The notes beneath the pieces were generated by a model. That model was given only the letters and a program-made list of their open reading frames with translations. It searched no databases and was not told the DNA's origin. Positions 32,681 through 42,758 of a stretch of DNA of 64,000 nt are shown here, piece after piece (positions within the stretch are counted from its first letter, which is position 1; the number at the start of each line of letters is the position of its first letter). This stretch comes from an uncultured bacterium. GTDB lineage: Bacteria; Acidobacteriota; Thermoanaerobaculia; Multivoradales; JAHZIX01. Made by a program: the position numbers and the translations under genes. The stretch is from assembly GCA_965368975.1 (NCBI GenBank), contig CBDUPA010000003.1, positions 128,001 through 192,000 of the forward strand. The letters run 5' to 3'.

Positions 32681-32855
32681 TGCCGATGAGCATCCTCGAG
32701 CAAACCGAGAGCTTGTCAGCGACCGTATCCACTTCAAAGCCCGCTTCGGCGGCGTTGGGCGTACAATCGACACGAAGGACTTGCTGAGACCATTCGCCCG
32801 CACCTCGGAGCCAGCGAAACGCAACGGATCGAATTCAGGAGAAAGGAAGAGACTC

Positions 32856-33179
32856 ATGGCTGAAAATATCGTGGAACTCAATTCTGACAACTTCCAGTCG
32901 ACCATCGACGGTGACAAGCCGGTTCTGGTCGATTTCTGGGCTACCTGGTGTGGCCCGTGCCGCATGGTGGCGCCGGTCCTCAGTGAACTGGCCGACGAGG
33001 TCAGCGACAAGGTCCAGATCGCCAAGCTGGATGTCGATGCCAACCAGGAGATCGCCATGAAGTACGGCGTTTCCAGCATCCCGTCTTTCCTGCTGTTCCA
33101 GGGAGGCGAGGTCAAGGACCGCATGATGGGCGCCATGCCCAAGTCGGCCTTCGAGCAGTTCCTGGCGCGTAACGTCTGA
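32856..33179 (+). CDS. trxA: Thioredoxin
   Basis: VLVDFWATWCGPCRM and GVSSIPS; 107 aa from ATG 32856 with an AGGAGAAAGGAAG RBS. Confidence 0.96.
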   Translation: MAENIVELNSDNFQSTIDGDKPVLVDFWATWCGPCRMVAPVLSELADEVSDKVQIAKLDVDANQEIAMKYGVSSIPSFLLFQGGEVKDRMMGAMPKSAFEQFLARNV

Positions 33180-33207
33180 CGGGCGCGCGGCTTCGAAGCC
33201 GGAAATG

Positions 33208-33241
33208 AGCGGGAGTTGCCCTCGTGGCACTCCCGCTTTTT
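33208..33241 (+). terminator. Rho-independent terminator after trxA
   Basis: AGCGGGAG-T-TGCC / CTCGT / GGCA-CTCCCGCT stem-loop running into a T tract. Confidence 0.75.
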
Positions 33242-33356
33242 CGTGCCCGCTTTCGTGTTCAGCCGTCCGGGCGTGCCCGGACGGCACGCGGCCGGTACAG
33301 GTGGCCGCAGGCGTTGATGTACGCTGAGACTGTGGCACAATCTCGACGGATCTCCC

Positions 33357-34637
33357 ATGATGGAAGCCCTGGCCCCTCACCTCGATCTTCTGCGTCACCA
33401 GCTCGACGCGCGGCAGTGTGCCGCCTTGCTGGTCATCGCCGATTCGGCGCACGATCCCGACATCGCGCTGTTCACCGGCAATGCGCACCTGCGGCGCTGT
33501 CTACTGATCGCGGCGCCGGGCAAACCGGTGCACCTGGCCTTCTTCAGTCCCCTGGAGCGCGAGGAGGCGGCGGCGACGCGTCTACGCTGCATCACGCCCG
33601 AGCAACTCGACCTGGTGCGCTGGGAGCGCGAGATCCGTGACCCGGCCGAGCGTCTGGCGACGGTCCTCGAGCAGGCCTTGTGGCGCGCCGGTGTCGCTCC
33701 TGGCAGGCTGGCCCTGGCCGGCCACGCCGGCGTCGGCGAGGTCAACGCGGCGTGTCGACTGCTGCAGCGCGAAGGTTGGTCCTTCGACTCCGGTCACGAC
33801 ATCGTGTTGCGCCTGCGCAAGACCAAGACTGTCGACCAGTTGCGCCGACTCCGTCGTGCTGCCACCGGAACCATGGCGGCGTTCCGCCAAGTCGCTGAAA
33901 TGCTGACCTTCAGCCGTCCCGATCCAAGGGCTGGTGGTAGTTCCAAGGAGAGCCGCGGTGCCGAGCTGTGGCTGGGGGACGAGCGCCTGACTGTCAGTCG
34001 CCTGCGCGGTGCTATCGCCATGACGCTGGCAGCGGAGGGTCTGGAGCAGCCCGAGGGCAACATCGTGGCCCCTGCGGAGGAGGGAGCCGTACCGCACAAC
34101 GCCGGCAGCGCCGACCGCGTCATACGTGTTGGGGAGACCTTGATCGTCGACCTCTTTCCCGGCCACGGCGTGTTCGCGGATTGCACCCGGACCTTCTGTG
34201 TTCCCGAGGCCCGGACTGGCAAGGTCCCCGCCCACATCCAGCGCGCCCATGACCTGGTGCTCGCTGCCCTGCGCCGCGCGCACCTCGAGGCTCGGCCCGG
34301 TGTGCGCGGCTGGGACCTGCAAGAGGCCACCTGTCGTGGCTTCGAAGCGGCGGGCTTCGCCACCGCCCTGTCCGACCCTCACACCCGCACCGGTTACGTC
34401 CATGGCCTCGGCCACGGCGTCGGGCTGGACGTGCACGAGTTTCCCAGCTTCCGCCAGCAGGCGGGGGAGGAAGGTGTGCTAGACGTTGGCGACGTCTTCA
34501 CCCTCGAGCCCGGGCTTTACGACCCGGAGGCCGGCTATGCGGTGCGTCTCGAGGACTTGGTGTGGCTGGGGCCGGAGGGGGTCGAAAACCTGACGCCGTT
34601 GCCGTACGAGCTGGATCCGAGGGCGTGGGTAGGGTAA
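33357..34637 (+). CDS. M24 family metallopeptidase (Xaa-Pro aminopeptidase-like)
   Basis: Metal-ligand motifs IVDLFP, ADCTRT, HGLGHGVGLDVHE, EPGLY and RLED. Confidence 0.92.
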   Translation: MMEALAPHLDLLRHQLDARQCAALLVIADSAHDPDIALFTGNAHLRRCLLIAAPGKPVHLAFFSPLEREEAAATRLRCITPEQLDLVRWEREIRDPAERLATVLEQALWRAGVAPGRLALAGHAGVGEVNAACRLLQREGWSFDSGHDIVLRLRKTKTVDQLRRLRRAATGTMAAFRQVAEMLTFSRPDPRAGGSSKESRGAELWLGDERLTVSRLRGAIAMTLAAEGLEQPEGNIVAPAEEGAVPHNAGSADRVIRVGETLIVDLFPGHGVFADCTRTFCVPEARTGKVPAHIQRAHDLVLAALRRAHLEARPGVRGWDLQEATCRGFEAAGFATALSDPHTRTGYVHGLGHGVGLDVHEFPSFRQQAGEEGVLDVGDVFTLEPGLYDPEAGYAVRLEDLVWLGPEGVENLTPLPYELDPRAWVG

Positions 34638-34666
34638 GTCTCGAACTCAGCCTTGCGGGCTCCGTT

Positions 34667-37600
34667 TCACTTGGAAGCCTTGGTACTGAGTACCTGGAGC
34701 CGCCGTTGGGCCAGCTGGTAGACCGACAGATGTGACGAGTCCTCGTTGCCCTCGACCTTGCGATAAGCGTCGGCTGCCGCCTCACGGACGCCGAATTGCT
34801 CGGCGATCCGGCCCAGCACGTACCAGTCGGCGGAGGTCGGATGCTCGGCGCCAGCGACCTTCATGCCTTGTAGCAGGATCTCTCGCGCCTCCTGCACACG
34901 CCCGACCTCGGCATAGACCGAGGCTAGAGTGTGCAGGTGGTTGGGGTCGCCCTGCTGGCCCATTTGCACGGAGCGTTGCGCGTAGTCGATGGTTTGCTTG
35001 CTCACCGCGTCGCGGATCAGTTGACTCCAGGCCAGCGAGTTGAGCATGGAAGACGTTGCCTTGCCTTGCGCCAACAGGTCCCGGTAGATGGCTTCGCTCT
35101 CCTGGAGTTGCCCCTGGGCCTGGTGCCAGTTGGCCAGGTAGGCGAGCAGGTCGGGGGAGTCTGGATTCTGTGCCAGGCGAGTCTTGAGGAGCTTGCGGCT
35201 TTCCTCCCAGGCTTCCAGCTGCAGCAAAAGGTTGACTCGGACTCTGAACAGCGAGTCGGAGTCGGGGAAGGCCATGGATAGATCGCTCAGCAGGTCGGTC
35301 GCTTCCTGGTACCGCTCGAGCTGGATCAAGGCCTGAATGCGAGCCATGCGCACCTGCTGCTGGAAGGTCGTTGCGTCGAGGCCGGCTGGTGTTTCGCCCT
35401 TGGCGGCGGTGCTCAGCAGGTCGAGGGCTCGGGAGGCGGATGTTTCCTGGTGGCTGAGCAGTGCACCGGCAACCGCGCGCAGTCGCCCTGGGTCGGCGGG
35501 TGGGTCTGTACCTAGCAGAACACGTGCTGGCGGTCCTGGGAAATCGTCGTCTTCCTGGGGACGGACGTTTGTGGCGCGCAGCAACCATTGGCGTGCGGCG
35601 TCGGTGTTGCCTTGCTGCAAGTAGTGCAGTGCCTGCAGCCCGACCGGTACGGTCGGATCCCCCAGGGTCAACAGGCGGAAACCGTCTGGCTGACGCACGA
35701 AGAAGAGGTGGTCACTCTGGTCCAGAGTACTGAGGACGCGGGCGTAGTAGCCGGACGTGTCGTCCCCTTCGATGACGATGTCGACGTTGCCCAGGGCTAT
35801 ATCCGCGACAGCTGTCAGGGGGACCGTCGTCTGCTGCACCGTCTCGGCGATGACGCGCAGATCGCGACGTTCGCGTTCGATCTCTCGAGGCGCCAGATCG
35901 TCACGGACCAGGTCGCTGTACAGTGGCAGGAGTTCGTCGACGCCGTCCGAAATGCTGCGCGCCAGCAAGCCGCGGACGAAGCCCTCTGGAGTCGCCAGGT
36001 CGAGGTCGAGATCTTCGATACGACGGGTCCGGCGCAGGGCGTTGGCGCGACCGAGCAATTGCGCGGCGTTGGGGGAGCCCTTGGCGGCGACAGTCAGGAT
36101 CTCGGCGGCCTGCGCGTAGAGTCGCAGTTGCAGGAGAGACGCGGTGGTGGCCGCCAGTTGAGTGCTGCGCCGCTGAGCATCCTGCAACTTGAGAGCTTCG
36201 CGGATCGCCGCGCCGCTGCCACGGGTGGCGGTGAGGGCGGCGAGCAAGAGCGGGCTCTCGTTGACTTCGAGGTCGAGTTCTCGGCCCAGCGCCAGGACAT
36301 CGTCGAAGCGCTCAGCGCGCAGCAGCGCGATCAGCAGGTTGTTGTCCAGGCTGCTTTCTCCCTGCGCCCGCAAGGCCTGGTATTCCTCGATCGCCTCGTC
36401 GAGGCGGGCACCCGGACCGTAGCGGCGCCCGGCGTGGTTGTACTCGAGGATGACGGCCAGGTTCTGGCGATGGATCAACGAATCTGGCTCCAGGCGCTTG
36501 GCCTGGCGGTAGGCTGCCTCGGTTCCCTCGGGGGTCCAGCCGGGGCCGAACGGACGGCCGATCAGGTCGTGATTGAGGACGATTCCGAGGGCCTGATGGG
36601 CGATCGCCAGGCCGGGTTCCAGCTTCACCGCCGCCCGTGCCTCGCGCCGAGCCGCCTCGCCGAGGCCGGCCTCGAGGAGGGCGCGGGCGATACGCGTTCG
36701 GGGTAAGGCGCGACCGGGTTGGGCGTCGGCGAGCCGGCGAAATTCCGCCAGCGCCTCGCGTACCTGCCCGGAGACCAGGTGCGTCTCGCCGACATGCTCG
36801 AAGTAGAGCAGGATCGGGTCTTCCTGGAGCACGTCGTGCACGCCCGAGATCAGCTCCTCGGCTTCCTCGGCGCTGCAGCGGCGCGCACCGGTGTCGAAGC
36901 TCAGCCGTGCCTCGACACTACCGTCCGGCAGGTTCTCGAAGCGGTAGTGCAGGCGTGCCGGCCCGAGTTCCTGGTCGCGCGCGGGCGGCAAGGAAAGCGA
37001 GCGGTAGCCGTCCGGTGGGTGGATGTGGTAGCGCCACTCGGCGCGGAAGGGCTCGGCCAACTCCAGGTCGTGCTGGCGCGGTGGGCGGTCGCCGGACGCT
37101 TGCAGGAGCCAGTCCGGCAAGCGGTAGAACAGGCTGTAGGGGTTGATCGCCACCGCGGCATCGGCGAGGTCCGTGAACGCGATGCTCGCCCGGTCTACTT
37201 CGACGCTCAGCGTCAATGGCTGGGCGAGGTCGTCGAGCGGCGAGATACTGAGCCCCACCACTTCCTGGGCGCTGTAGTAGTCGCGAGCGTAGGATCCGAG
37301 CGCGTCGCTGCGGTCGGCTTCGGTGAGCCGGCTGTAGTCGTGGCGGTAGGCGCGCTCCACGGAGCCGGACAGGCGCGAGCGTTCGATCACACGGCCGGGG
37401 CCCAGCTCCTGCAAGTAGATGTCGCGCTCCTCGCTCAGCAGGTTGCTGCCCGACTCGGCTACGGGTGTGCGCAGCAAGCCGTCGGTGGTGGGAGCGGCGA
37501 CCAGTGCCAGTCGATTCTGGTCGCCGAGCGGCAGTTCACCGGCGCGCGCGAACTCGTCGGTCGGGTCGATCCAGACCGCGCCGTGGTCGCCGTTGGGGGG

Positions 37601-38773
37601 CAGGTACACAATGGCGTGGTCGAACTCGCCCAGCCCGACCATTTCAGCAGAGACATCGAGTCCCGGGCCGACGCTCAGCAGGGCCACCGAGGCGTCGAAA
37701 CCGGCAGCGCGCAGTAGGCCGACCAGGAGGGTTGCCTTGTCCTTGCAGTCGCCGTAGTGCCGGTCGAGGGTCTCGGCGGGAGTGTAGGGAACGATCGCGG
37801 ACTCACCGAACTCCAAGCCAGTGTAGCGCACACGCTGCTGGACCCAGGCGAGCAGTGCCGCGATGCGCTCGCTGCGGCCGTCGATCTGCGCCACGATGGC
37901 ACGCGCGGTGGTCTCCAGGTCGGCAGCCTGACCGTTCGTCAGCTGCTGCTCGACGATGCGGTGGTACAGGGTGGCGACGTCGTTCCAGGTGCGTCCGGTC
38001 GCTACCTGGATGCGCGGCCAGGTGGCGACTCCGGGCGGTAGTGAGGACTCCGGCAGCGTGGCTTCTGGTGGATCGAGTCGCTCGAAGGTCCAGCGTACGC
38101 GGTTGCCTTGATTGGCATCTCCTGGATTGCGCACGGGTTCCAGCTCAGGCAGCAAGTCGCGGGAGAAACTGAGGGGTAGCTCCGAGGGAGCCTCGACGAC
38201 CAAGCGCAAGCGCTGCACCGGTACGGTCCAGGCCATGGAGACGGAGTGCACGACGCCGGCCTCGAACAAGGGCTGCGTTTCCCGCAACACGTGTTCTTCC
38301 TCGACCACCACCCCGGGAGCCATCGCCGGCAGCGGTGCGCGCAACAGTCGGCGATCGCTGAGCAAGGACTCGGTCTCGCTGGCCGGTAGCTCGGCCAGCG
38401 TTGCCGGGTCGAGAAGGTGCTCGGTGCCCGCCGCCGTCACCACGCGGGCGCGGATCTGCGGTCGTTCTTGGTACCAAGGACTCCACGATGACTCGACCGA
38501 ACCCCAGCTGTCGACTGCCGCGGCGCTCAACACTCGGTAGACCAGGTAGCGCGTGCGCGTCGCGCGGCCCTGCTCGTCGAAGTGGAGTGTCATGTCCTGG
38601 GTGATGACCTGCACGTCGGCGTCCGGGGCCGGCGGTAGCTCCTGAGCAGCGTGCAAGAGCGTGGCGGCTTCGGCACCGAAGGGGGTGTCCCAGGGGGCTG
38701 GCTGGGCGGTGCCGGGGGCAGCAACGGTGACGACAAGCAGGAGAAGGCAGTGCAGAGCGGAGGCGAGTTTCAT
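34667..38773 (-). CDS. Exported DUF3857 / transglutaminase-like / TPR protein
   Basis: Signal peptide (LLLLVVTVAAPGTA); DUF3857-like N-terminus; transglutaminase core VRYTGLEFG...YGDCKDKA...FDHAI...WIDPT (Cys-His-Asp); C-terminal TPRs. Start at ATG 38773 (alternative 38791). Confidence 0.88.
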   Translation of the reverse strand: MKLASALHCLLLLVVTVAAPGTAQPAPWDTPFGAEAATLLHAAQELPPAPDADVQVITQDMTLHFDEQGRATRTRYLVYRVLSAAAVDSWGSVESSWSPWYQERPQIRARVVTAAGTEHLLDPATLAELPASETESLLSDRRLLRAPLPAMAPGVVVEEEHVLRETQPLFEAGVVHSVSMAWTVPVQRLRLVVEAPSELPLSFSRDLLPELEPVRNPGDANQGNRVRWTFERLDPPEATLPESSLPPGVATWPRIQVATGRTWNDVATLYHRIVEQQLTNGQAADLETTARAIVAQIDGRSERIAALLAWVQQRVRYTGLEFGESAIVPYTPAETLDRHYGDCKDKATLLVGLLRAAGFDASVALLSVGPGLDVSAEMVGLGEFDHAIVYLPPNGDHGAVWIDPTDEFARAGELPLGDQNRLALVAAPTTDGLLRTPVAESGSNLLSEERDIYLQELGPGRVIERSRLSGSVERAYRHDYSRLTEADRSDALGSYARDYYSAQEVVGLSISPLDDLAQPLTLSVEVDRASIAFTDLADAAVAINPYSLFYRLPDWLLQASGDRPPRQHDLELAEPFRAEWRYHIHPPDGYRSLSLPPARDQELGPARLHYRFENLPDGSVEARLSFDTGARRCSAEEAEELISGVHDVLQEDPILLYFEHVGETHLVSGQVREALAEFRRLADAQPGRALPRTRIARALLEAGLGEAARREARAAVKLEPGLAIAHQALGIVLNHDLIGRPFGPGWTPEGTEAAYRQAKRLEPDSLIHRQNLAVILEYNHAGRRYGPGARLDEAIEEYQALRAQGESSLDNNLLIALLRAERFDDVLALGRELDLEVNESPLLLAALTATRGSGAAIREALKLQDAQRRSTQLAATTASLLQLRLYAQAAEILTVAAKGSPNAAQLLGRANALRRTRRIEDLDLDLATPEGFVRGLLARSISDGVDELLPLYSDLVRDDLAPREIERERRDLRVIAETVQQTTVPLTAVADIALGNVDIVIEGDDTSGYYARVLSTLDQSDHLFFVRQPDGFRLLTLGDPTVPVGLQALHYLQQGNTDAARQWLLRATNVRPQEDDDFPGPPARVLLGTDPPADPGRLRAVAGALLSHQETSASRALDLLSTAAKGETPAGLDATTFQQQVRMARIQALIQLERYQEATDLLSDLSMAFPDSDSLFRVRVNLLLQLEAWEESRKLLKTRLAQNPDSPDLLAYLANWHQAQGQLQESEAIYRDLLAQGKATSSMLNSLAWSQLIRDAVSKQTIDYAQRSVQMGQQGDPNHLHTLASVYAEVGRVQEAREILLQGMKVAGAEHPTSADWYVLGRIAEQFGVREAAADAYRKVEGNEDSSHLSVYQLAQRRLQVLSTKASK

Positions 38774-38793
38774 GGAGAACTCCGTGAACAAAT

Positions 38794-38820
38794 GGAACTG
38801 TTTTGGACGATTGAGTCTAC
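38794..38820 (+). promoter_or_regulatory. Possible ECF/sigmaE-like promoter upstream of the M12 peptidase
   Basis: GGAACT-N15-GTCTAC in the divergent intergenic region, about 140 nt upstream of ATG 38961. Confidence 0.3.
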
Positions 38821-38960
38821 CGTACTTCGAGGTGCCTGGCCGTTCGTCTGGGCGGCCTCTCTGCTAAAGTGCTGGAGAGTTGATCACCCGCGTCCTCCTC
38901 TCCCTGGGGGGTGATCTGGGTTTCTGCCTTCATACCTGGAGTACCCATAAGGAGTCTTCC

Positions 38961-40322
38961 ATGCCTGCTACGCCCTTCGAGCTCTCTCCCCGGACCGCGC
39001 AAGCCCTCTTTCTGAGTGTGCTGCTGTGCATCCTCGGTGTCCCGCTGTCGGCGGCGAGTCAGGAAGCGACGGTATCCCTGTTCGGAACCGTCGAGGCGAC
39101 GGACAAGCACGCCCAAGTCGGATCGGAGGTGCTGCGCGTCTTCCGCGTCACCGTGACGCCAGCGCTGCTCAGGGAGGACCTCGCAGCGACCCAGCGCTTG
39201 GTGATCGACCTGCCGGATGGCTACTGGGCCGAGGCTCAGCGCGTGTCGCTGCAGCACAGGCGAGACGGCTACACCTGGCACGGCCGGCTGGCGGGTGGGG
39301 GCGACATGGTGCTCAGTGTCCACGATGGTCACCTCGCGGGTGTCTGGTTCGACGGTTCGGAGGTGTACCAGATCCTGCCGCAGGAGCTGTCGGCGACAGG
39401 GGAGCGAGTCGGAGAGGTCGGAGCTCAGATCGGCCATCGACTGCTGCACATCGATGCACAGCGCTATCTGGAATGCGGGGTCGCCGAGGCCCCGGCGGCG
39501 TTGCGTCGCACCTACACCGAGTCCGCCGAGATCGCGGCCGACACAGGAGCCCCGGTCCGTCCTGGGGCCGACAAGGCGGTCAGCCAGGTGGACGTCATGG
39601 TGCTCTACACACCGTCCGCACGCAGCGCCGCCGGTGGCCTAGCAGCGATGAATACGCTGATCCAGAACGCGATTGACATCACGAACACGGCTTACGGCAA
39701 TAGTGGTATCGATGTCGAGTTGCGGCTGGCGCACTTCCGCGAGATTGCCTACACGGAGACCGATATCAGCGCGTCACTCGACTGGCTGGAAGTCGATGGC
39801 GATGTCGCCGCGCTGCGGGAGCGCTACGGTGCCGACCTGGTCGCCCTGCTGAGCAACGACGGTGGTGCTTGCGGAGTCGGCAACGTTCAGCGGACCGCCA
39901 ACGCTAGCTGGTTCGAAGACTACGCCTTCCAGGTCACCGTCTGGTCCTGCGCCGTTGGCAACCTCAGCTTCGCGCACGAGTTTGGCCACAATCAGGGGTG
40001 TGAGCACAATCCCGAGAATGGCATCAGCCCCGCTTCGTCGGCTTCGTATCCCTACAGCTTCGGCCACTACCACAGCGGTAACTACCGAACGGTGATGTCC
40101 TACTCCAGCCCGTGCGCCTCCTTCTGTCAGCGCGTGCCGTACTTCTCGAACTCGACCGTCAGCTACAGCGGAGAAGTGACCGGCATCCTGGATGCGCGCG
40201 AGAACTACCGCACCATCAACAACACGGCCGCCACCATGGCGGGCTACAAAGCACCACCCACTTGGTTCTTCGAGGACAGCTTCGAGTCCGGGAACGTGAG
40301 CCAGTGGACCCTCTTCCCGTAA
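38961..40322 (+). CDS. Secreted M12 (reprolysin-like) zinc metallopeptidase with C-terminal DxFESG tail
   Basis: Signal peptide; prodomain with Cys (YLECG); VDVMVLYT; HEFGHNQGCEH zinc motif; Met-turn TVMSY; ends FFEDSFESGNVSQWTLFP. ATG follows AAGGAG. Confidence 0.92.
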   Translation: MPATPFELSPRTAQALFLSVLLCILGVPLSAASQEATVSLFGTVEATDKHAQVGSEVLRVFRVTVTPALLREDLAATQRLVIDLPDGYWAEAQRVSLQHRRDGYTWHGRLAGGGDMVLSVHDGHLAGVWFDGSEVYQILPQELSATGERVGEVGAQIGHRLLHIDAQRYLECGVAEAPAALRRTYTESAEIAADTGAPVRPGADKAVSQVDVMVLYTPSARSAAGGLAAMNTLIQNAIDITNTAYGNSGIDVELRLAHFREIAYTETDISASLDWLEVDGDVAALRERYGADLVALLSNDGGACGVGNVQRTANASWFEDYAFQVTVWSCAVGNLSFAHEFGHNQGCEHNPENGISPASSASYPYSFGHYHSGNYRTVMSYSSPCASFCQRVPYFSNSTVSYSGEVTGILDARENYRTINNTAATMAGYKAPPTWFFEDSFESGNVSQWTLFP

Positions 40323-40357
40323 CAAGTCGCCGTGAAGGAATCCTCGTCCCGAAGGCC

Positions 40358-41581
40358 TCAGCGTGCCGCCAGCGCGGTCGAGGCTACGCGCGCGGCCTGC
40401 GCCAGGACGGCGGCACCAACGAAGATCGACTCGTCGGCGGCGTAGAAATGCGGTGCATGGGCGGGGATGATTTCGCCGTGGGGTTCGCGCGCGCCGATGC
40501 GCAGGAAGGTGCCGGGGATCTTCTCCTGGAAGAAGGCGAAGTCCTCGGCAGCCATGTTGAGTAGGCCGAAGGGTACGACGTTGTCGGCGCCCAGTAGCTC
40601 GCTGGCGGCTTGGCGAGCCCAGGCGGTGGTTTCCGGCGGGTTGACCACTGGGGGTAGGCCGATGGAGTAGCGCAGCTCGGCCTTCAGGTGGTGCGTCGCG
40701 GCGACGTTGTGCGTGATGTGCTCCAACTCGTCGCGCAGCAGCTGCCGGACCTCGGGAGTGGTGGTGCGCAGCGTGCCCTTGAGCTGGGCCTCTCCGGGAA
40801 TGACGTTGGCGGCCTGGCCGGCGTGGAGGCTGCAGATCGACAGCACACCGGGCAGACTCGGGTCGAGACGACGGGCGACCACCGTCTGTAGGGCCATCAC
40901 CAGTGCGGCAGCGCCGACGACCGGGTCGTGGGACTCTTGCGGCCGGGCGCCATGGGCGCCGCTGCCGATCAGATCGATCTCGAACAGATCGCTAGAAGCG
41001 GCGAGTGGGCCGTCGTCGGCAACCACCTGGCCGACCGGGAAGCGCCGGTCGACATGACCGCCGAAGATCGCCGCGACGCCGTCGAGGGCACCCGAGTCGA
41101 GAATCTGCGACGCACCCAGACCGACCTCTTCAGCGGGCTGGAATACGACCAGCACGTCACCCGCCGCCGGTTCGGCGGCTAGCAGGGCGCCGACACCGAC
41201 CGCCCACGTGGCGTGCACATCATGACCGCAGGCGTGCATGACGCCCTCGTTCTGTGACGCAAAGGCCAGGCCGGTATTCTCCTGCACCGGCAGTGCGTCG
41301 ATGTCGCCGCGGATCGCCACCACTGGTGCGCTGCGATCACGGCCGGCGAAGCGGGCGACGATGCCGGTTTCGGTGACCCGCTCGATGGCTGCCGGCTGCA
41401 ACGGTTGCAGGGCCGCTTCCAGCTTGTCGGCGGTTCGATGCTCGTGCAGTGAGAGCTCGGGGTGGCGGTGCAGGTCGTGGCGCAGCTCCACCAGACGCTG
41501 ACGCAGCGCCTGGGGTAGAGCTGCGGCGACGGCGTCGGGCAGCGGCGCCGGACGCGGCTCGAAGGTGGCGGAGGGACTCAT
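40358..41581 (-). CDS. M20D amidohydrolase (probable N-succinyl-L-amino acid desuccinylase)
   Basis: HRHPELS, RGDIDALP, MHACGHDVH, FQPAEE and AEDF; third gene of the GNAT-NSAR operon. Confidence 0.9.
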   Translation of the reverse strand: MSPSATFEPRPAPLPDAVAAALPQALRQRLVELRHDLHRHPELSLHEHRTADKLEAALQPLQPAAIERVTETGIVARFAGRDRSAPVVAIRGDIDALPVQENTGLAFASQNEGVMHACGHDVHATWAVGVGALLAAEPAAGDVLVVFQPAEEVGLGASQILDSGALDGVAAIFGGHVDRRFPVGQVVADDGPLAASSDLFEIDLIGSGAHGARPQESHDPVVGAAALVMALQTVVARRLDPSLPGVLSICSLHAGQAANVIPGEAQLKGTLRTTTPEVRQLLRDELEHITHNVAATHHLKAELRYSIGLPPVVNPPETTAWARQAASELLGADNVVPFGLLNMAAEDFAFFQEKIPGTFLRIGAREPHGEIIPAHAPHFYAADESIFVGAAVLAQAARVASTALAAR

Positions 41582-41632
41582 GCTCAGGCTCCAGGTGGTG
41601 GGTCGAGGGCTGTTGCGGCGTGTGGAGATGGG

Positions 41633-42757
41633 TCAGTCGGCTAGCACCGTCTGGCGGCGCACGGTCAGGTGCTCGATGCGTTCACGGTCGACTTCGACAC
41701 CGAGGCCGGGACGCTCGAAGGGGACGCGCACCCGGCCGTCCTGCATCGTCCACTCGGGCGTCACGATATCTTGCTGCCAGTAGCGCGCGCTGGGTGACAG
41801 GTCCCCGGGCAGCCGAAAGTTGGGTAGGGAAGCCAGCGCCACGTTGTGGGCACGTCCGATTCCGCTCTCGAGCATGCCGCCGCACCACACCGGTACCTCG
41901 TGCGCGGCACACAGGTCGTGCAGCGCGATCGAGATCTGGAAGCCAGCGACGCGGCCCGGCTTGATGTTGAGCACGCGGCCGGCGTCGAGTTGCAGCATGT
42001 GGCGGCCGTGGTCGAGGCTGCACACCGATTCGTCGAGGCAGATCGGAGTGCGCAGCAGCGCCTGCAGGCCGGCGTGATCCACCAGGTCGTCCCACGCTAG
42101 CGGCTGTTCCAGCATGACCAGGTCGAAGTCGTCCAGGCGCTTCAGGTGCTCGGTGTCGTCGAGGCTGTAGGCACTGTTGGCGTCTGCCATCAGGGCGACG
42201 TCGGGGCCGAGTGCCGCGCGTACAGCAGCAACGTGCTCGATGTCGAAGCCGGGTTTGATCTTCAGCTTGATCTTGCGATACCCAGCGCCGATAGCGGCTA
42301 CGGCTTTGGCGGCCTGAGCCTGGGGCGTCGGCTCGATGCCCATCGAAATACCGGTGGCGACCGTCGCACGCTCGCCGCCCAGGAGTTGTGCCAGGGCGAC
42401 GCCGCGCAACTCGGCTTCGAGCGCCCAGCAGCCCATCTCGAGCGCCCCGCGGGCCATCTCGTGCCCGCGGATGCCCGGTCGTAGCAGGTCGTGGACCTGA
42501 CGGGCGCTGTCGATCTTCTGGCCCAGCAGCCGCGGTGCTAGCCACTCCCGTAGGGCCAGCCAGGCAGTGTCGATGGTCTCGGGCGAATAGCGGGGTGTCT
42601 CGAGCGCGACACACTCGCTCCAGCTGTGGGCACCTTGGGTGTCGGTCAGTTCCAGCAGCAGGATGCGGCGTTCTTGCACCGCGCCCATGGAGGTGACGAA
42701 AGGCTCCCGCAGGGGCAGCCGGATTTCGCGCAGCTCGAGGCGCTCGACGCACAGCAT
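41633..42757 (-). CDS. menC: o-succinylbenzoate synthase / N-succinylamino acid racemase (enolase superfamily, NSAR/OSBS subfamily)
   Basis: KIKLKIKPG, DAN, EQPL, DES, NIKPGRV, WCGGMLE and PGDLSPSARYW. No other men genes are nearby, so the racemase role is more likely. Confidence 0.9.
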   Translation of the reverse strand: MLCVERLELREIRLPLREPFVTSMGAVQERRILLLELTDTQGAHSWSECVALETPRYSPETIDTAWLALREWLAPRLLGQKIDSARQVHDLLRPGIRGHEMARGALEMGCWALEAELRGVALAQLLGGERATVATGISMGIEPTPQAQAAKAVAAIGAGYRKIKLKIKPGFDIEHVAAVRAALGPDVALMADANSAYSLDDTEHLKRLDDFDLVMLEQPLAWDDLVDHAGLQALLRTPICLDESVCSLDHGRHMLQLDAGRVLNIKPGRVAGFQISIALHDLCAAHEVPVWCGGMLESGIGRAHNVALASLPNFRLPGDLSPSARYWQQDIVTPEWTMQDGRVRVPFERPGLGVEVDRERIEHLTVRRQTVLAD

Positions 42758-42758
42758 C

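Noticed and set aside
41633-42757. Menaquinone biosynthesis operon
   Set aside because: No other men genes are adjacent; the GNAT and M20 neighbours indicate the racemase pathway.
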